A DNA stretch of 45,092 nucleotides. Source: an uncultured Victivallaceae bacterium (GTDB taxonomy: Bacteria; Verrucomicrobiota; Lentisphaeria; Victivallales; Victivallaceae). The stretch is taken from positions 1 through 45,092 of the forward strand of contig CAZEXM010000003.1 in NCBI GenBank assembly GCA_964515915.1. The letters are read 5' to 3'. The notes beneath the pieces were generated by a model. It had not been told where the DNA came from. It ran no database searches and saw only the letters and a program-made list of their open reading frames with translations. Both the position numbers and the translations under genes were made by a program. The stretch's first letter is position 1, and each line of letters begins with the position of its first letter. This document shows positions 40,170 through 45,092 of this stretch, piece after piece.

Positions 40170-40487
40170 ATGTTTGGAAATTTAGGTGAAATGGCCGGCC
40201 TTATGAAAAAGGCAAAAGATATGAAGCAGAATATTGCAAAAATGAAAGAAGAAATATCGGGCAGTGAATTTTACGGGACTTGTCCCGGCGACAAAGTCAG
40301 CGTCGTTCTCAGTGGCGATTTTCAAGTACGGCAAATCAAGATTTCCCCTGACGCGGCGGCGGATATTGAAGCTCTCGAGGATTTAGTTAAAACCGCCGTC
40401 AACAGCGCGGTATCTTCTGCTCAAAGCAATATTCAGGAAAAAATGAAAGAAGTTACCGGCGGAATTAACATCCCGGGATTATTCTAA
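40170..40487 (+). CDS. ybaB: YbaB/EbfC family nucleoid-associated protein
   Basis: 105 aa, with an MFGNLGEMAGLMKKAKDMKQNIAKMKEE N-terminus typical of the family. It sits in the conserved position between dnaX and recR. Confidence 0.85.
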   Translation: MFGNLGEMAGLMKKAKDMKQNIAKMKEEISGSEFYGTCPGDKVSVVLSGDFQVRQIKISPDAAADIEALEDLVKTAVNSAVSSAQSNIQEKMKEVTGGINIPGLF

Positions 40488-40688
40488 GCGGCATATTATG
40501 AGATTGGGGTGAAAGGAAAAACTTTTTGTTTTTTTTAATATAACGAGGCCGACGTATCGGCTCCTTTCCCCCAAAACCCCCTTTTCCTTTTCAAAAACTT
40601 TTGGGATACCAAGTTCACTCAGGCAACAAGTTGCCTGTTTAAACTTGGGAGTTTGTGTAAAAATAGAGAAATAGTGGAGACGCTTAAT

Positions 40689-41297
40689 ATGGTTGAATTC
40701 AAATATCCAGAGGCTCTTGAGGAAATTATCATTCATCTGAAACGTTTGCCGGGCATCGGCAGGCGGACGGCTGAACGTCTTGCCCTTGCCATGCTCAAAT
40801 GGAAAGGCGAAAAAATTATAGCATTTGGTGAATCTCTGCAAAAATTACCTTTGACGGTAACTTTTTGTCCTGAATGCGGTGGTCTCGCCGAAAACGACGA
40901 AAAATGTTTAATTTGTCAGGCACCCGGCCGCGATACAAAACTGCTTTGTGTGCTTGAAGATTTCAGTCAGATAATGTCTATAGAAAGCAGCAGTTATTAC
41001 AAAGGCCTCTATCATGTTCTCGGCGGTAAACTCAGCCCGCTTCAAAACCGTTCCGCCGCAGACTTGAATATCGATACTTTGCTCCAGCGCATCGACAAAC
41101 TCGAGATTCGGGAAATAATCCTGGCGCTCAGCCCTGATGTTGAAGGCCAGGCTACTGCAGTATATATCGCGAATTTGCTCAAAGATAAAGCAGTTAAAAT
41201 TACCCGTTTGGCGCAGGGGCTTCCTGCGGGTGCGGATATTTCTTTTGCTGATGCTGCGACTATTGGGGCTGCGCTCACGGGAAGAAGAAATATATAA
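40689..41297 (+). CDS. recR: recombination protein RecR
   Basis: HhH LPGIGRRTAERLA, the Cys4 finger CPECG...CLICQ and a Toprim block (LCVLEDFSQIMSIE). I use the start at MVEFKYP (40689). Confidence 0.9.
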   Translation: MVEFKYPEALEEIIIHLKRLPGIGRRTAERLALAMLKWKGEKIIAFGESLQKLPLTVTFCPECGGLAENDEKCLICQAPGRDTKLLCVLEDFSQIMSIESSSYYKGLYHVLGGKLSPLQNRSAADLNIDTLLQRIDKLEIREIILALSPDVEGQATAVYIANLLKDKAVKITRLAQGLPAGADISFADAATIGAALTGRRNI

Positions 41298-41320
41298 AAG
41301 CCGGATGTAACGGCCCCGTG
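41278..41320. repeat. outer inverted repeat, left arm (includes the last recR codons and stop)
   Basis: cgggaagaagaaatatataaaagccggatgtaacggccccgtg is the near-exact reverse complement of 42831-42872. Confidence 0.85.
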
Positions 41321-41327
41321 ATCCAAC

Positions 41328-41518
41328 GGCGGGCAGCGTTGGTCGAAATCTCCAATTTCGAAACTTAAGCGGCTTGCCGCGCATTAGACCAATTCCGCTC
41401 TCGAAAAGCGAAGCTTTCAAAAAATAAGCTTGCGATATTTTTTTAAAGACCTGAGCGGTCGAGCTCTCCCTCAACTCTATATTTCCCGCGTGAGCGTTTT
41501 TAAAATCCCTTGCAGGGG
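41328..41518. repeat. inner inverted repeat, left arm
   Basis: It is the reverse complement of 42546-42737. The 71 nt at 41328-41398 are perfect. The remainder is roughly three-quarters to four-fifths identical by eye, including tatatttcccgcgtgagcg. Confidence 0.85.
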
Positions 41519-41831
41519 ATTTCCCTCCACTGCCCCCGGCAACGCCGTGGGTATTATGCCCCCGGCGAGTCGTTCCCTGTAAGGGAACTTCAATATTCCG
41601 CACAACTCTATAAGCTTTTACTTTTGATTACTTGAACAATAAACTTAATGGAAGTATATATAATTAAGCTGAAAAATTGTCATAATATTGTCAGTAAAAT
41701 CAGGGAAGGAAATTGTTATGAAAACTTGGATATCTATAATGTTTTTAAACTGATTCCATTAAGGAAATGTATGAATGCCAATCAAAGCTAGTACACTATA
41801 CAGCTTAAATGTTCGCATTGTATATAAAAAA

Positions 41832-41885
41832 TGTAGCTCAAGCGTCTCGCTTGAATATCTTCACAACCGAGACGGTTGTGCTACA
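41832..41885. repeat. 54-nt palindromic element, copy 2 (diverged)
   Basis: tgtagctcaagcgtctcgcttg ... cacaaccgagacggttgtgctaca is the same element as 2729-2782, with a few substitutions in each arm. Confidence 0.75.
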
Positions 41886-41983
41886 TTAATTTATGAAAAA
41901 AATACGAAGTTTTAAATTTTACAGTATACTAGATGGGCTCTTTAGTAAAATAGAAAACAAGAATAAATTGGTAACTAAAAGTA

Positions 41984-42469
41984 ATGAATAAAAAGTTTCT
42001 TGATAAATTTAAAATTTGTGATGAAGAGATGCTCTTAGAATTTTTTATTTTATATTCGAGATTAGAATATGCATTAAAACGAACTGGCTTTTTAAAAAGT
42101 ACAGATAATGCACAAGCAGATTGGGATGATTTTATTTCAAATATTAAAGATAAGTTCGATAAAAACAAAAATGAAAAACTTGAAAAAGCTGTAAAATATT
42201 TATTAGAATATCCAGCAAAAAAGCAAGTTACTAATGGAAAACTTGATTTTGTGTCTTGCCCAACGACAAGTTCAGGTTCTGACATAATTCGCCTTCGTCA
42301 CTGTATTAGAATTACAAGAAATAATTTGTTTCATGGCGGTAAATATTCTCAAGGTTCAGTTGAAGGAGCTGAGAGAAATAAAGAACTTCTTGAAAACAGC
42401 ATTGTTGTCATCAAAGAATTTATTAGGCTAAACCGAAAGGTTAATAATGCATTTGGGAACATGGAATAA
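41984..42469 (+). CDS. HEPN-domain-like protein (putative RNase toxin / abortive-infection-type effector)
   Basis: 161-aa ORF in AT-rich DNA. RITRNNLFHGGK contains the R-N-x-x-x-H (R-x4-H) motif that defines HEPN active sites. The composition looks helical (EFFILYSRLEYALKRTGF). A weak A/T hairpin follows the stop (42465-42489). Confidence 0.55.
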   Translation: MNKKFLDKFKICDEEMLLEFFILYSRLEYALKRTGFLKSTDNAQADWDDFISNIKDKFDKNKNEKLEKAVKYLLEYPAKKQVTNGKLDFVSCPTTSSGSDIIRLRHCIRITRNNLFHGGKYSQGSVEGAERNKELLENSIVVIKEFIRLNRKVNNAFGNME

Positions 42470-42545
42470 TATTGTTAATAAATATTATTATTTCAAGCGC
42501 ATACCAATAATACTGTAACTAAATCACTTGCATCTTTTTGTAGTT

Positions 42546-42737
42546 CCCTTGCAGGGATTTTAAAAAACGCTCACGCGGGAAATATAAAGTTGCGGAAAAG
42601 GCTCGAACGTTCGCATCTTTTCAAAAAATATCGCTTCGCTTTTTTTGAAAAGCCTCACTTTTCGAGGCGGAATTGGTCTAATGCGCGGCAAGCCGCTTAA
42701 GTTTCGAAATTGGAGATTTCGACCAACGCTGCCCGCC
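42546..42737. repeat. inner inverted repeat, right arm
   Basis: It is the reverse complement of 41328-41518. The perfect 71-nt core is at 42667-42737. Confidence 0.85.
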
Positions 42738-42830
42738 GCCAAACAAGTTTGGATTTATTATGACTGACTTACATACTGCAATCATAATTGCTCGAAAAAG
42801 TATATCCATATATCGAAGGCGACGTTCGCC

Positions 42831-42872
42831 CACGGGGCCGTTACGTCCGGCTTTTTTATATTTTTCTTCCCG
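42831..42872. repeat. outer inverted repeat, right arm
   Basis: cacggggccgttacgtccggcttttttatatttttcttcccg is the reverse complement of the recR 3-prime end and its immediate downstream sequence. Confidence 0.85.
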
Positions 42873-42946
42873 AAAGCCTTAGTTCTATTGCTTGTAAAAA
42901 CACATATATGCAGTAATTTAATAAGTAATAGAATAAAATGATTTAA

Positions 42947-45092
<2,146 letters not shown>

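Noticed and set aside
41504-41587. Possible mini CRISPR array (two similar hairpins separated by ~50 nt)
   Set aside because: The two hairpin units are not identical (atcccttgcaggggat versus gttccctgtaagggaac). There are only two units, with no regular repeat-spacer periodicity and no cas genes.
40908-41603. 231-aa minus-strand ORF
   Set aside because: It is antisense to most of recR and continues through the left inverted-repeat arm. Its composition is Arg/Gly-rich nonsense. It is a shadow ORF.
42760-42882. 40-codon ORF (MTDLHTAIIIARKSISIYRRRRSPTGPLRPAFLYFSSRKP) in the right arm
   Set aside because: It has no RBS, runs through the hairpin and the outer inverted repeat, and its Arg-rich composition looks like chance translation of repeat DNA.

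Overview
This is a chromosomal, mostly housekeeping segment of a diderm bacterium (an LpxL-type lipid A acyltransferase is present). The taxon cannot be placed from this window, and I found no rRNA or tRNA. I support about 37 CDS. On the + strand: a lipoprotein, an unknown 283-aa protein coupled to the LpxL-like acyltransferase, an SbcD/SbcC-like (YhaO/YhaN-type) pair, dgt, phosphomannomutase, a run of three SPFH/HflKC-like genes, a P1B metal ATPase, an ABC ATPase with permease and an unknown 540-aa protein, then accD, rph, dnaX, ybaB, recR and partial gyrB. On the - strand: a GAF/sigma-54 activator, thrC, prfA, rpmE, aspartate kinase, hom, an MFP-like protein, an EF-G paralog, dprA and aroB. 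One RNA gene is invisible to the ORF track: a small (4.5S-type) SRP RNA at 37343-37455, between accD and rph. The best candidate for something undescribed is the recR-gyrB spacer (41278-42872). There, a visibly AT-rich ~1 kb cassette encodes a 161-aa protein with a HEPN-type R-x4-H motif. It is enclosed by nested inverted repeats: outer arms of ~43 nt that begin inside the last recR codons, and inner arms of ~190 nt that contain a 71-nt perfect core. No recombinase or transposase is visible. A 54-nt palindromic element inside the cassette has a second copy at 2729-2782, in another low-GC patch beside the SbcD/SbcC-like pair. Secondary oddities are a transmembrane hairpin where a Rad50 zinc hook would sit, the triple SPFH array, an in-frame 18-nt perfect tandem repeat in gyrB at the window edge, and a structured 200-nt ybaB-recR spacer. 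All identities and GC statements were read by eye and not computed. All family calls rest on motifs I recognise, not on searches.
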